Made by a program: the position numbers and the translations under genes. 64,000 nt of DNA, taken from positions 153,709,110 to 153,773,109 of the forward strand of contig NC_057710.1 of NCBI RefSeq assembly GCF_004010195.1, written 5' to 3'. The notes beneath the pieces were generated by a model. That model made no database searches and had not been told where the DNA came from. It saw only the letters and a list, made by a program, of their open reading frames with translations. This stretch comes from Chiloscyllium plagiosum. Its lineage: Eukaryota. Below are positions 39,720-51,939 of the stretch, in pieces. Numbering within the stretch: the first letter of the stretch is position 1; the number at the start of each line of letters is the position of its first letter.

Positions 39720-41798
39720 CTAACCTGGAAAAGTCTGTACCCTGGTTAATACAAAAGATTAATTTATTTGGCATGTTCTTGGGCTATAAAATTAATTTTA
39801 CAAACTCGGAAGCCATGCCCATGGGGGATTGGCGGGAATGCCTGACCTGGAGGATGGAACACAACTTCCTTTTTGGTGGACGCAAAAAGTAATTACCTTT
39901 ACTTGGGTATTCCTATTACTCCTGCTTTCCACCAGCTGTACAGAGCTAACTGTGTGCTGCTGTTTGAAAGGATAAAACAAGATCTTCAGCGTTGGAAGGG
40001 GTTGTCAATATCATGGTTGGGCCGAATAGTCCTGATTAAAATGAATGTTCTTCCTCGGCTATGATACCCCACAAGAATGTTCCTATTGTTGTTGCCAGGA
40101 CAAGAGCAGCAGAGGCTCAATAGCGGGCTTGGATCCTTCATTTGGTGTCATAGGCAGTCTCTTATTAAATTCACCAAGTTGCAACTCCCACAGGGCATGG
40201 GGAGGTAGATCTCCCAGACTTTAAACAATACCAAGTAAGCGCCTAATTGTCCAATGTGAACAACTGGGTGTGGAAGGATCAGAGGTCGATATAGCTTGAC
40301 ATCGAGGGCTCTCAGGCAAGGTGCACCCTCCTTAATTTGCTGTTTGTGATTAGGATGAAATCTGTTACTGAGCATTGTAGAAGCCAGATTATTATAAACA
40401 CGATCAGAGCATGGAGGATGATGCAACAGGACGAGGACAACCTGCATAAGACCTGACCATTCACCCCCTTCGTTGGAGCCCCAGGATTCAGACCAGGACC
40501 AATGGATTCTGGCTTTAAAGCATGGGAGGTCAAGGGCATCTCCTATCTGGGAGACCTATTTGAGGGAGAGGTCCTGATGTCATTTGACCAGCTGAGTCAC
40601 AAATATGGGCTACCTCGTAGGGACCTCTTTCGTTATTTTCAGATTAGGGATGATATACAGAGATGGACCACGCTTTTAGCTCAGCCCTACACCCTGACAT
40701 GGAGAGAAGTGTGCTTCGGAGTGCGGGCAATCTCTCGGTCAGTACTCTATATCATTTACAGAGAGGGGGCACCTTGGAAGGTATGGAAAGATTCTACGGA
40801 GCCTGGTGTCGGGAACTAAGGGCAGAAATTTCGTCTGAAGCATGGGAGGACATATGGGTGGACGTGAAAAAGATCTCGATATGCAATAAAGCACAGGCTA
40901 TACAATTGAAGATTCTCCACAGAGTCCATGTGGCCCCGGAGCGATTAGCAAAATTCAAGAAAGGAATATCTCCGGAGTGCCCCAAATGTAAAATAAGCAC
41001 CGGCACTCTTATGCATTGTCTGTGGGCATGCCATAAGATCCGTAGGTACTGGGGTGTCATAGTGAGTGAATGAGGTGAAGGAGATCCTGGAAACTGAGGT
41101 TAAGGCGGATCTGGTATCCCTTCGTTTGGGACGGCCGAATCTGCCTTCACTCGATGAGCAGTGGAAGAGATTATTCAACATTCTCACGTATTGTGCAAGG
41201 AAGAACATTTTAATGAGCTGGACCTCCAATAACCCCCCAGGTCTCATGGGATGGTGTGGATTAGTGATGGAGCACGTTCCTCTAATTTTCTTCCAAATGT
41301 GGTGCACCGGAAAATGGAACTATTCTATAAGATGTGGCAGCCCTTTTTAAGTTACATAGACACGGACCTGTCAGCCATATTGACCAGGGCCTGTATATAG
41401 CCGTGAAGGCCAGATTTGGCAGTTCGTGGGCCTGGAGTGGGGGTGGGGGGAGGAAGGAAGCTTGAACAAATACGGGTATAATAACTGATGCTCCCATGGA
41501 TGGGAGCCTGGGTGTGGGGGTGTCGGGAAGTGTAATTTAATTTAAGTTGATTTTCTCTAATTTGACCTAATCTAAATTAAGTTAGGTTAGTCTAGTATAA
41601 TTTAAGCTGATTTAAACTAATTTGCTAAGTTCAATTATTTATTGAATTGTAAAGTGGAAAGATTGTTCCATATCTTTGCAATAGTTTTGGTTTGTTTTGT
41701 AGAGTAGTAAGTAGTTTATTGTTTATGTTTTTGTAACATCAGACTGTTATACACCTTTTATAATTTTGTAAAAAGTAAAAACCTTTTTCAATAAAAAA
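39720..41798 (+). mobile_element. 5'-truncated L1-clade LINE (late RT, C-terminal zinc finger, 3' UTR)
   Basis: YLGIPIT...DLQRWKGLSISWLGRIVLIKMNVLPRL; CCHC motif CPKCKISTGTLMHCLWAC; T-rich 3' UTR ending in AATAAAAAA. Confidence 0.85.
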
Positions 41799-42457
41799 TT
41801 AGGATACAATAGGGTCGGAAAATTCAAATAAAGGTGGTTATCTTCTTTCGCTTTCTCACTTCCAGGGAATTTTATCCTCGAGAACAGTTCTCCAGCTGGT
41901 GGGGTTAGTGGGAGGGTAAACAAGGGGACTCTGATGCTTTATCCCAGATGTCCACAGTGTTTAGGATGGCTCAGGCCCTGAAAAGGAATGCAGTTTTGTA
42001 TTACCCCCCTCAACTCGTTATGTTAGGGAGAGAACAAATGTGAATTACTCCTCAAATTTCTAATCTTTCCATCTATTTATACAAGTACAAGAGACACACA
42101 ACAAAATGACTAATTTTATTTTGTTATAAACGTAGAGCAATTATGTGGTTCAGATACGCATAATTTCCATCAGCAAAAAAAAAATTCTCATTTCAAGTGA
42201 AATGTCTTTATTTTTGGCTTTGTGCTTCATGAATCATTGTTTGCATGTTTGAAACTTCTGTTACACACAGAAAAACCGACCTGAGTATTAATTCAAGACT
42301 TATCTGTTGGCCACTTTCCAAGAACTAGTGACACTTGACTTTCTGCATAAAGCTTTCTATTGTGTATTTTAAATGCAAATAGTGAACACACTTTTGAGAA
42401 AGGAAACAGAGCGCAAAGTACAAAACTCTCAAACGGCTTAGTATATCAATATGTTAG

Positions 42458-42677
42458 ATGGAAATGTGTTGCTGGAAAAGCGCAGCAGGTCAGGCAGCAT
42501 CTAGGGAACAGGAGAATCGACGTTTCGGGCATTAGCCTTTCTTCAGGCTGAAGAAGGGCTAATGCCCGAAACGTCGATTCTCCTGTTCCCTAGATGCTGC
42601 CTGACCTGCTGCGCTTTTCCAGCAACACATTTCCATCTCTGATCTCCAGCATCTGCAGACCTCACTTTCTCCTCAAA
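42458..42677 (+). mobile_element. Fold-back mini-element derived from a PLE 3' end, with hammerhead core at 42548-42580
   Basis: 91-bp arms (42456-42546 / 42548-42638, 1 mismatch); 16-bp TSD TATATCAATATGTTAG at 42442-42457 and 42678-42693. Confidence 0.9.
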
Positions 42678-43189
42678 TATATCAATATGTTAGGTAATGG
42701 CGCACGCAGTTGTATGGGTCAGTAAGGTCTACATTCAACCTTTGGTCAATTTGGAAAATGATGCAATCACACTAACACTTCAAAGTTGGTGCAACATTGA
42801 TGGCAACAGAAGGATGTGAGATTGAAGAGACTTTGTTGGACTGTCAATTATATGCTTTCAATGTGCTGTTAAGCTTTATTTTCACTGTTGTCACAACTGA
42901 ACATAATGCAAGTGAATTTCCTCTCCTAGTTATTGTCACGTACTGCTGAGCTTCAGTAACCCAGCCCAGTATCTTTTTTTAAGTGATGCATTGGCTAACA
43001 GAAACTGTAGTTCAGTTTTTGTTTGCATCCTTTACTACTGTCACAGGGGTGGCATTTGAGGATGGAGTTCTGGAAGAGGTAGGTATGGATTTGAGAGGTG
43101 ACGACACGTTCAAACACTTGGAGAGGAAAGGGAGGTAGGAGTTGTTTGCATGGGCAAGGTTAGAATCCCTACAGTGTGGAAACAGGCCC

Positions 43190-44356
43190 AAGTTGAGGGG
43201 GAAGGTAGCTGAGAATGTGATAGGGATAAAGGTGATAGGTCAGAAAGGAGGGTGGAGTGGATAGATGGGGAAGGTGATGGACAGGTCAAGAGGGCGGTGT
43301 CGAGTGGAGGCTTGGGACTGGGATAATGTGGGGGGAGGGGAAATGAGGAAACTGGTGAAATCCACATTAATCCTGTGTGGTTTCCGGGTCCCAAGACAGA
43401 ATATGAGGCGTTCTTCATCCAGACGTCAGGTGGTAAGGGTTTGGCGATGGAGGAGGCCGAGGACCTGCATGTCCTTGGTGGAGTTGGAGTGTTCGGCCAT
43501 GGGGCGGTGGGATTGGGGGCTGCAGGTGTCCCAGAGATGTTCTCTGAAACGATCCGCAAGTTGGCGTCCTGTCTCTCCAGTGTAGAGGAGACCATATCGG
43601 GTGCAAAGGATACAGTAGATGACATTGGTGGAGGTGCAGGTAAATTTCTGTCGGATGGGGAAGGATCCTTTGGGGCCTTGGATGGAGGTGAGGGGAGTGG
43701 TGTGGGTGCAGGTTTTGCACTTCTTGCATTGACAGGGGAAGGTGCTGAGAGTGGGGTGTAGGCTGGTGGGGAGTGTAGGCCTGACGAGGGAGTCGTAGAG
43801 GGAATGGTCTCTCTGGATCTCTGGAACGCTGATGGGGATGGGGAGGGAAAAATATATCTGGTGGTGGGGTCCGTTTCTCGGTGGCAGAAGTGGTGGAGGA
43901 TGATGCGTTGTACGCGGAGGTTGGTGGGAAGGTGAGGACCATATTCTGTTGGGAGGGATGGGGCTCAAGGGCAGTGGTGCGGGAAGTGGAGGAGATGTGT
44001 TGGAGGGCATTGTCGACCACGTGGGAAGGGAAATTGTGACCTGGGAAGTAAGAGGCCATTTGGGAATTTCTAAGGTGGAACTGGTCATCCTGGGAAGAAA
44101 TGCGGTGGAGGCAGAGGAATTGGGAATGAGGGATGACATTTTTACAGGAGGTAGGGCGGGAGAAAGTGTAGTCTAGGTAGCTACAGCAGTCGGTGGGCTT
44201 GTAGTAGATGTCCGTAGTGTGTCGGTCGTTGGAGATGGAGATGGAGATGGAGAGGTCCAGGAAGTGGAGGCAGGTGTCTGGGATGGTCCAGGTGAATTTG
44301 AGGTCAGGGTGAAAAGGTGTTGGTGAAGTTGATGAACTGATCAACCACCTCGTCAA
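43190..44356 (-). mobile_element. Penelope-like element fragment (RT C-terminus + GIY-YIG endonuclease), frameshifted
   Basis: FHPDLKFTW...FLDLSI...TDIYYKPTD and FTCTSTNVIYCILCTRYGLLYTGETGRQLADRFREHL. Confidence 0.9.
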
Positions 44357-44927
44357 CCTCAGTGAAGGAAATAACTGAAGATTGACTTCAGACCTCCCTT
44401 CTCAAATTTAATTAATCCTGCAAACTCTGTTAAAAAGAATCGTGAAGAAAACAAAATCACAACATGAGTTCATTATCAACTTAAAGCTCAGATAACGGAC
44501 ATTCATGCTTGTGTGTGAGATTTTTACGCATTTTCCTAAAATAAAGGCTCCAGAGAGCATGGAAAGAATAAGAGCAGCTGGGTCTATAGGGCACCTTCCA
44601 CAGACACAGGACAGCTCAACGCGCCGTTCAGCCAATGAAGGATTTCTGAAGTGGAGTCACTGTAGAAACGTACAAAAACCTGCGAGCTCACTTGGGCAAC
44701 AAACTTCTCAAACAGTAATGTGATAACGATCAAATAATCCGTTTTTGTAATGCTGACTGCCAGATAAATATAAACACTTTCATACATACAAATCTACGAT
44801 TGATCCTATGATTCTATTAAGACAGATGGCTTGACTCGGATATTATCATGGAAAATAAACAGACAGGCAACAAAACTCTCAAGGTCAAAGCCCAGATTTC
44901 AAGGATGGGTTAAATTGTCTTTAAAAT

Positions 44928-45187
44928 GTGTCTGTGTGGAGTTTGCACATTCTCCCCATGTCTATGTGAGTTTCCTCCAGGTGCTCCGGTTTCCTCCCAC
45001 AGCTCACAGATGTACAAGCTTGGTGGATTGGCCATAGTGAAATGTCCATAGTGTCGAGGGATGTGCAGATTAAGTGGATTAGCCATTGGAAAGGGTAGGG
45101 GGGTGGGGACTGGGTGGGGTGCTGTTTGGTGGGTCGCTGTGGACTTAAATGGGTCAAATGGCCTGCATCCATATTGTAGGGATTCTG
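44928..45187 (+). mobile_element. 5'-truncated HE1-type SINE
   Basis: tgtgtggagtttgcacattctccc body and tgtagggattct 3' end. Confidence 0.8.
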
Positions 45188-46195
45188 AGATGATTCCACG
45201 ATTCAAATCAAAGAGACCAAGGAAACCAATAAGGACAGAAATGCATCTATTAAAATTATGAGTGCAAAGTTAGCACTCAATACACATACAGAAAGGTTTC
45301 AGTAGAAAAAGGTTAAATGTTAAGTGAAATGTTGTTACTATGTAGACACATACTACAAATACAGTCCAAGTAGCATAACGAAATATCATGTTTCACAAAG
45401 TGACACAGCAAAGTGAGCACAGCTTCTGAATGGCAATTCAGCTACTAAAAGGTGGAAATGAAATGATCCAACTCAAAATAGAATGGATCAGGATTCCAAT
45501 GATTAGAAGAATCTGCATGATAAATAATCAGTCTTCCAGCTAGTTCAGTAACACCCTGCTCTACCTTGTCATTCCATTTTCAAAAGGAGGAAAATTTGCT
45601 CACTTGAGCCTAAGGATAGTCTGGGTTGGTTTGAGAGAGTCACTATTTGCCAGATTCAAAAGCTAATTAGGGCAAGGGATTAATGCTGGAACTCCATGCT
45701 GTTGACGTAAATTTATTGAAAATCTTATTTATTTATGCATCCACGTTACAAAAAACAAATTGAAATTAAATTGCTTTCATTTTCAATATAGTCTCTGGCT
45801 CACAGGTTAGAAAATTCCAGGCTCTCTCACTCAACACCGAGTAGCGGGCCTAAAATCAAGGTGGCCTAATTCAAAACACAATCTGTCGCATCCATAGTTT
45901 TAGTTCACTATCAGCCCATTATGTACATCGTTGTAATTGAATCTGGGATAAGTCTAACTGAAATAACCTTCACTACACATCTTATGTTACTTTGCAGATA
46001 AATTTACAGTATATACATTAAATATGTCAGAGGACAGGATGCCTAAATTAACCTTTTATTATATGATTAATGAATAATAATTCAAAAAGAGTCGAAGTCA
46101 GTAAATGTTATCCTTCAACTAGTTCCTGCATCCCGACAAGGCACAATCTAACACTCTCAGTTATCTCACTGCTTGCTCTGTTCAATACATGCCAA

Positions 46196-46636
46196 GTCAT
46201 ATAGTCATAGTCACACAGCCACACAGCATGGAAACGGACCCTTCCGTCCAACCAAAGCATGCCAAACATAGCCCCAAAAACTAAACTAGTCCCACCTGCC
46301 TGCTCCTGGCCCATATCCCTCCAAATCTTTCCTGTTCATGTACATATCCAAATGTCTTTTGAATGCAGTAATTGCTACATCCACCACTTCCTCAGGAAGC
46401 TCATTCCACCAGCGATCCACTCTGTAGTAAAGCTCTCTCCTCTCACCTTAAAAATATGTGTCCCTAAGACTTGAAATCCCCAATCCTTAAAAAAAAGACA
46501 ACTACCATTAACTCTATCTATTCTTCGCATCGTTTTATAATAATCTATCAGGTCGCCTCTCAACCTCCTACACTCCAGTGAAAAATGTCCCAGCTTATCC
46601 AGCCTCTCTCTATAACTCAAACCTTCCATACCCAGC
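46196..46636 (-). mobile_element. CR1 LINE 3' fragment
   Basis: GMEGLSYRERLDKLGHFSLECRRLRGDLI. Confidence 0.85.
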
Positions 46637-46721
46637 AATGCAGAAATTAAGGAAATCATAACATATTTCACACATCTACACAACTATTTCAAAATAATCA
46701 CTTTTAAATAAAAACACTTAC

Positions 46722-46767
46722 CTTGAGCTGCGGGATGGTTGGTCTGGTTTATTTCTATTTGAACGAT
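46722..46767 (-). CDS. SH3D19: SH3D19 coding micro-exon ((D)RSNRNKPDQPSRSS), probably exon 2 of the long isoform
   Basis: Polypyrimidine tract + cag acceptor, AAG|gtaagt donor, 46 nt, phase 1->2. Peptide resembles the recalled human long-isoform segment DRNERNKPEHRSSS. Confidence 0.85.
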
Positions 46768-47099
46768 CTGTAAACCACAAAAAAAGAAGAAAAGGGTAAT
46801 TTTGAATTCATGGAGTTTATACTTTTCAAATCAAACAGATCACAGTGCAACTAATGGTATTCACACTTTCACACCAATAACACTTACATTCCAGGCAATA
46901 TGTTTACCCTGATAGAAGTTATGGACAGTCAAAAATAAGAACTATATTGAAAGGGTTTCTTTAGTTAGGATTTGGATTTGCCATGAGGTGGTTCCTAAAA
47001 TTGTTAGGATAATTGTTGATTATTCTTTTCATTGCAGACTGCCTTGTTTCATGAGGTACAGTCAAATTGGAAAAGTGCAATCAATTTTGTGAGAATCAG

Positions 47100-48440
47100 G
47101 ATGGTAGACGTAGTTTATATGGATATCAGTCAGGCCTTTGATAAGGTGCTACATGGTAGGCTGCTCTGGAAGGTTAGATCACTTGGAATGGAGGAGGAGC
47201 TGGCAAATTAGATTAAAAAAAAACTGGCCTGATGATAGGAAGCACAGGGTAATAGTGGAAGGGTGCTGGTCAGACTGGAGGCCTGTGACTACCGGAGTAC
47301 CTCAGGGATCGGTGCTGGGCCCATTGCTGTTTGTAATCGATATCAATGATTTGGATGAGGATGTACAGGGCATGATTAGTAAGTTTGCTGATGACACTAA
47401 AATAGTAACATGGACAGTGAAGAAAGTTATCAGAAACCGAGGCAATGCCAAATAGAGTTTAATATAGATAAGTGTGACGTCTTGCATTTTGTCAAGTCAA
47501 ATCAAGGTAAGAGCATCATGGTGAATGGTAGGGCCTTAAGGAGTGTAGTGGAATAGAGCGACCTTGGAGTTCAGGTTCACAATTCTCCGAGAATGGAGTC
47601 CCAGGTAGACAGGGCAGTGAAGAAGGCTTTTGACACACTGGCCTTCATCAGTCAGGGGACTGAGTATAGAAGTTGGGAAGTTATGTTGCAGTTATACAGG
47701 ACATTGGTGAGGCCGCACTTGGTGTATTGTTTTGGTCACCTTGTTATAGGAAGGATGTTATTAAACTGGAAAGAGTGCAGAAGACACTTACAAGGATGTT
47801 GCCAGGACTCAATGGTCTGAATTATAGGGAGAGGTTGGACAAGCACAAGGACTTTTTTTTTTTAAAGCATAGAAGACTGAGGGATGACCTTATAGATCAT
47901 GGAAGGCACGGATAGGATGAATGCACTCACTCAGTCTGTTTCCCAGGGTTGGAGAAATTGATGATTAGAGGGCGTTAGTTTGTGGTTAGTGGGGAAAGAA
48001 TAAAAGGGAACCTGAGGGGCAACGTTTTTACACAGAGGGGGTACACATATGGAATGAGTCGAGAGTGCGGTGCTGGAAAAGCACAGCAGGTGAGGCAGCA
48101 TCCGAGGAGCAGGAAAACTGAGGTTTTGGGCAAAAGCCCTTCATTGATTCTCCTGCTCCTCGGATGCTGCCTGACCTGCTGTGCTTTACCAACACCGCAC
48201 TCTCGACTCTAATCTCCAGCATCTGCAGTACCCACTTTTGCATATGGAATGAGCTGCCAGCAGAAGTGCTTGAGGCGGGTACATTAACAATATTTAAAAG
48301 GCGTTTGAACAAATACATGGATAGCAAAGGATTAGAAGGATATGGGCCAAGTGCAGGGAAATGGGGTTAGTGTGGATGGATTTTGGTCAGCATGAAAAGT
48401 TTTGGCCAAAGGGCCTGCCTCCCTGCTGTAGGACTCCATG
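47100..48440 (+). mobile_element. CR1 LINE RT/3' part, interrupted by a fold-back element
   Basis: [20 protein letters not shown]...SKFADDTK and LVRPHL. Confidence 0.9.
48059..48240. mobile_element. Fold-back mini-element derived from a PLE 3' end, nested in CR1
   Basis: Inverted arms ~48056-48117 / 48148-48209; 13-bp TSD CATATGGAATGAG at 48046-48058 and 48241-48253. Confidence 0.85.
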
Positions 48441-49647
48441 ACACATTTGCCAATAATCTTCCTGATTACCCATGCTAGTACATCGAAATTGCACAATATT
48501 TATTTTGTAAATGTGGCGATGTTGAATATTTTGAGCATTGCTTGCAAACTTCCATTACATTCAACTGAAGAATCTTTCACTCTGATCTGTGAAGGGGATT
48601 TATATTCATCCCTGACAGCAGTTAATAGTTAACCAATATTAACACCCTGTCTTTGTTTATGTAGTGCTGTAATCTTGACCATGTCCACCAGAAAGCTCAA
48701 GAGAGGCTGGGCATAATGAAACAATTGGAACTTGTCTTGTTATTGGAAAGCAACCTCCAACAAAATATCTGAAGCATAAAACCCATTTCAGGGCAGAAAT
48801 AATGAGGATCTTGAGAAATATTATTTTGCCAGTTGATCAAAAAAGAAATAATGATAGGTCGGCTGATTAAAGGATACAATGACCAGAATGACAGGAGTCT
48901 GTACTGACTTCCTGAAATTGTGGGAGGCTAGTAGTTAGGGAGTGATAGTTCACCTGACATGACATGAAAGCTGTCAAGACAGGCAGGGTCAAATCATCAA
49001 ATATTAATCTTCTTCATGAGAAGATCGTCTGAAACCACAAAGATTTCTGCCCCGGTAGCTGGACAGCAAGGAAAATGTAATTTTAACTTGACTTGTAGTT
49101 GTTCCTGAGCATGTTTGAAAATGACTTTTTAAAGACTTCACATCAACTGCAAAGGTATCAATTGTAATTTTTCTTGATGAAGAAATAATACTGGTCCATG
49201 TGACTTGACAATTCTTGACCTTGGAAAAAGTAAATTAAGATGAAAGGCATATGGCAGAGGGTTAAGGTACAGCCTGTGAAGCTGTCAATGTTACTGCTGC
49301 TGCATTTTGCCACAGCTGACCAGATAGTGTTACAAAGTTTATTACAGGGTTCAAATAAAAGGAATCTCCGAATCATCTGTGCCGTCAGCTAAGGAGGTTC
49401 TGCAGCAATGTGCCATTTGATGACAACCATCTCTGGTGGTCTCAGACAGAATACCACTGCAGACTGCAGGACGGTTGAATTAACTGAATAAGCGAGTGAA
49501 GGGTCGTATGTACTAAAGGCAGAATTACAGAACTTTGGAACTGCACACGGTGTCACATGTCTGCTGGAATTATATTGGTGCCAGTGGTTGTGTAAAATGT
49601 TTATTTGTTATCCTGACCAATTATTGTGTAATTTTGCCTTTCATTTC

Positions 49648-50440
49648 AATATTTCCTCCCCACTCCGATCAGCATTCTGCAGAGACCATTCCCTCCGTGA
49701 CTCCCTCATTGGGTCCACACTCCCACCAACCCACCCTCCACTCCTGGCACCTTCTCCTGTCACTGCAAGAGGTGTAAAACCTGCACCCACACGTCCCCCC
49801 TCACCTCCTCCATCGAAGGCTCCAAAGGACCCTTTCACATCCAGCAAAGATTTTCCTGCACATCCATACACGTCATCTACTGTGTCTCTTGCTCTCGATG
49901 TGGTCTCCTCTACAGTGGGGAGACTGGACGCCGACTCATGGAGCATTTTAAGGAACATCTCTGTGACACACGCACTGAACAACCCCACCATGCTGTGGCT
50001 GACCACTTCAACTCCCCCTCCTACTCTGCGAAGGACAGGCAAGTCTTGGGCCTCCTCCACTCTCTGGAGGAAGAACGCCTCATCTTCCACCTTGGGACCC
50101 TCCAACCACACGGCATCAACATCGATTTCATCAGTTTCCTCATTTCCCCATCCCCTACCTTCTCCCAGTCCCAACCCTCCAACTTGGCACCACCCTCTTG
50201 GACTTGTCCTACCTATTCATCTTCCTTCCCACCTATTCCCTCCAATCTATCACCATCATCCTCCATCTACCTATCGCCTTCCCCCCAGCCCCACCCCCAC
50301 CCTCCTATTTATTTCTCAGCCCCCAACCCCCCACGCCTCTATGTTCCTGATGGAGGGCTTATGCCCGAAACATCGACTCTCTCTGCTCCTTGGATGCTGC
50401 CTGACGTGCTGTGCTTTTCCAGCACCACACTCTTTGACTT
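49648..50440 (+). mobile_element. PLE fragment (GIY-YIG + 3' end with decayed hammerhead at ~50343-50380)
   Basis: HVIYCVSCSRCGLLYSGETGR-like frame, EHLCD...VADHFNS; ctgatggagggcttatgcccgaaacatcgac. Confidence 0.85.
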
Positions 50441-50490
50441 TTATTTCAAGTACCATTTGCCTGTAAATTCGAGTCCGATTTGCCTTGGTT

Positions 50491-50574
50491 TTGATGAAGG
50501 AGCAGCGCTCTGAAAGCTAGTGCTTCCAAATCAACCTGTTGGACTATAAACTGGTGTTGTGTGATTTTTTAACT
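50491..50574 (+). mobile_element. Short PLE-type end of a different subfamily, with hammerhead variant
   Basis: TTGATGA-A-GGAGC-AGC-GCTCT-GAAA-GC-TA-GTG followed by aacctgttggactata; same family as 63823-64000. Confidence 0.6.
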
Positions 50575-51930
50575 CATTATTCTACATTTCTGCCTGACCT
50601 CGATAACCTTCCAATCCTTGCTTGTCAAAAATCCACCTACCTCTGGCTTAAAAAATATTCAAGAACCCTGCTTTCAACAGGTTTTCAGGAAGAGTGCTCC
50701 AAACACTCTTTAACCCTTCAGGAAAACAACTGGATCATCTCTATCTCAATATGAATGACCCCTTATTTTTAAACTGGGTCACTCTGTCGTGCACTTTACC
50801 AGAGGAAAAAACATTCTTTTCACATCCACCCTGTCACTACCCCTCAGCATATTAAATGGTTTCAATCAAGTTGCCTCTTACTTTTCTAAACCACATGGTA
50901 TACAAGCTGACTCTGTCTGGTCAACCCTGTGGAACCACCTTCACTTTATTTAAATCCTTCTTTGAACAAGGGGACCAGAGCTGTGCACAGTTGTGGCCTC
51001 ACCAATGTCCTGTGTAACTGAAACATAATCTTATATTTATACTGAATTCTCCTTGCAAGAAAAAAAATACTGTACCTGTGTACTAACATTTTACTATCAT
51101 GCACTAGGACATCTAGATACCTCACACCTCAGAGCTGTGCAATTTCTCACCATTGAGATAAAACGCTTCTCTTTGCCAAAATGGACAATTTCAAATTTTC
51201 CCACGATGCACCACTTTTCCCACTCATTTCACCATCTATACATTTCTTTGTAGTCTCCTTACATCTTCCGCACTATTTACTTTTCCACCCATCTTTGAAT
51301 CATCAGCAAATTTGGTAACCATACATCCAGTGTTTCATCAGAGTCATTTATATAAATAAATCGTAAAATGTTAAGGCCCCAGCCCTGGCCCGTGCGGTGC
51401 ACAGCTCAACAGGTCTTGCCAACCAAAAAGTAACATTTAAACTTATTCTGTTTCCTATGGGCAAACCAATCTTCTATCCATGTCACTATGTTATCCTCTA
51501 CACCTTGAGTTTATATTTTCCTCAATAATCTTTGGAATGGTATCTTAGATATCCAGGAGGCATTTGTTAGGTACAGTACTTCCAACTAGTTGCCCTTCAT
51601 TGCTAGCACACGTTATTTCTTGGAAGAACTCCAATAAATTGATGAGATATGACTTTATTTTCACAAAGTTATACTGACTCTATCCAGCTACTTTGACAAT
51701 TTCTAGGTGTTCTGCAATTATTTCATTGAAACTGGCTTCTTACATCTGCCCTATAGCTAACACACCTGTAGTTTCTGGCCTTCTGTCACCCTCCCTTTTT
51801 GAATAAGTGATTTATATTTGTTATCTTTCAATTTAAAGCAAGCTTCCCCGAATCCAGGAAATTTTGGAAAATTAAAACCAACACAACAATCTGGTCAGTA
51901 GCCATTTCTTTTAAGATGCTAAGATGAAAT
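50575..51930 (-). mobile_element. Old, decayed CR1 LINE
   Basis: Degenerate RT and 3' motifs (catcagcaaatttg, tggcctcaccaatgtcctg); bounds approximate. Confidence 0.6.
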
Positions 51931-51939
51931 GCTAAGCCA

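Noticed and set aside
49588-50466. 292-aa Pro/Ser-rich ORF (also 43110..43761)
   Set aside because: Alternative frames of C-rich Penelope sequence.
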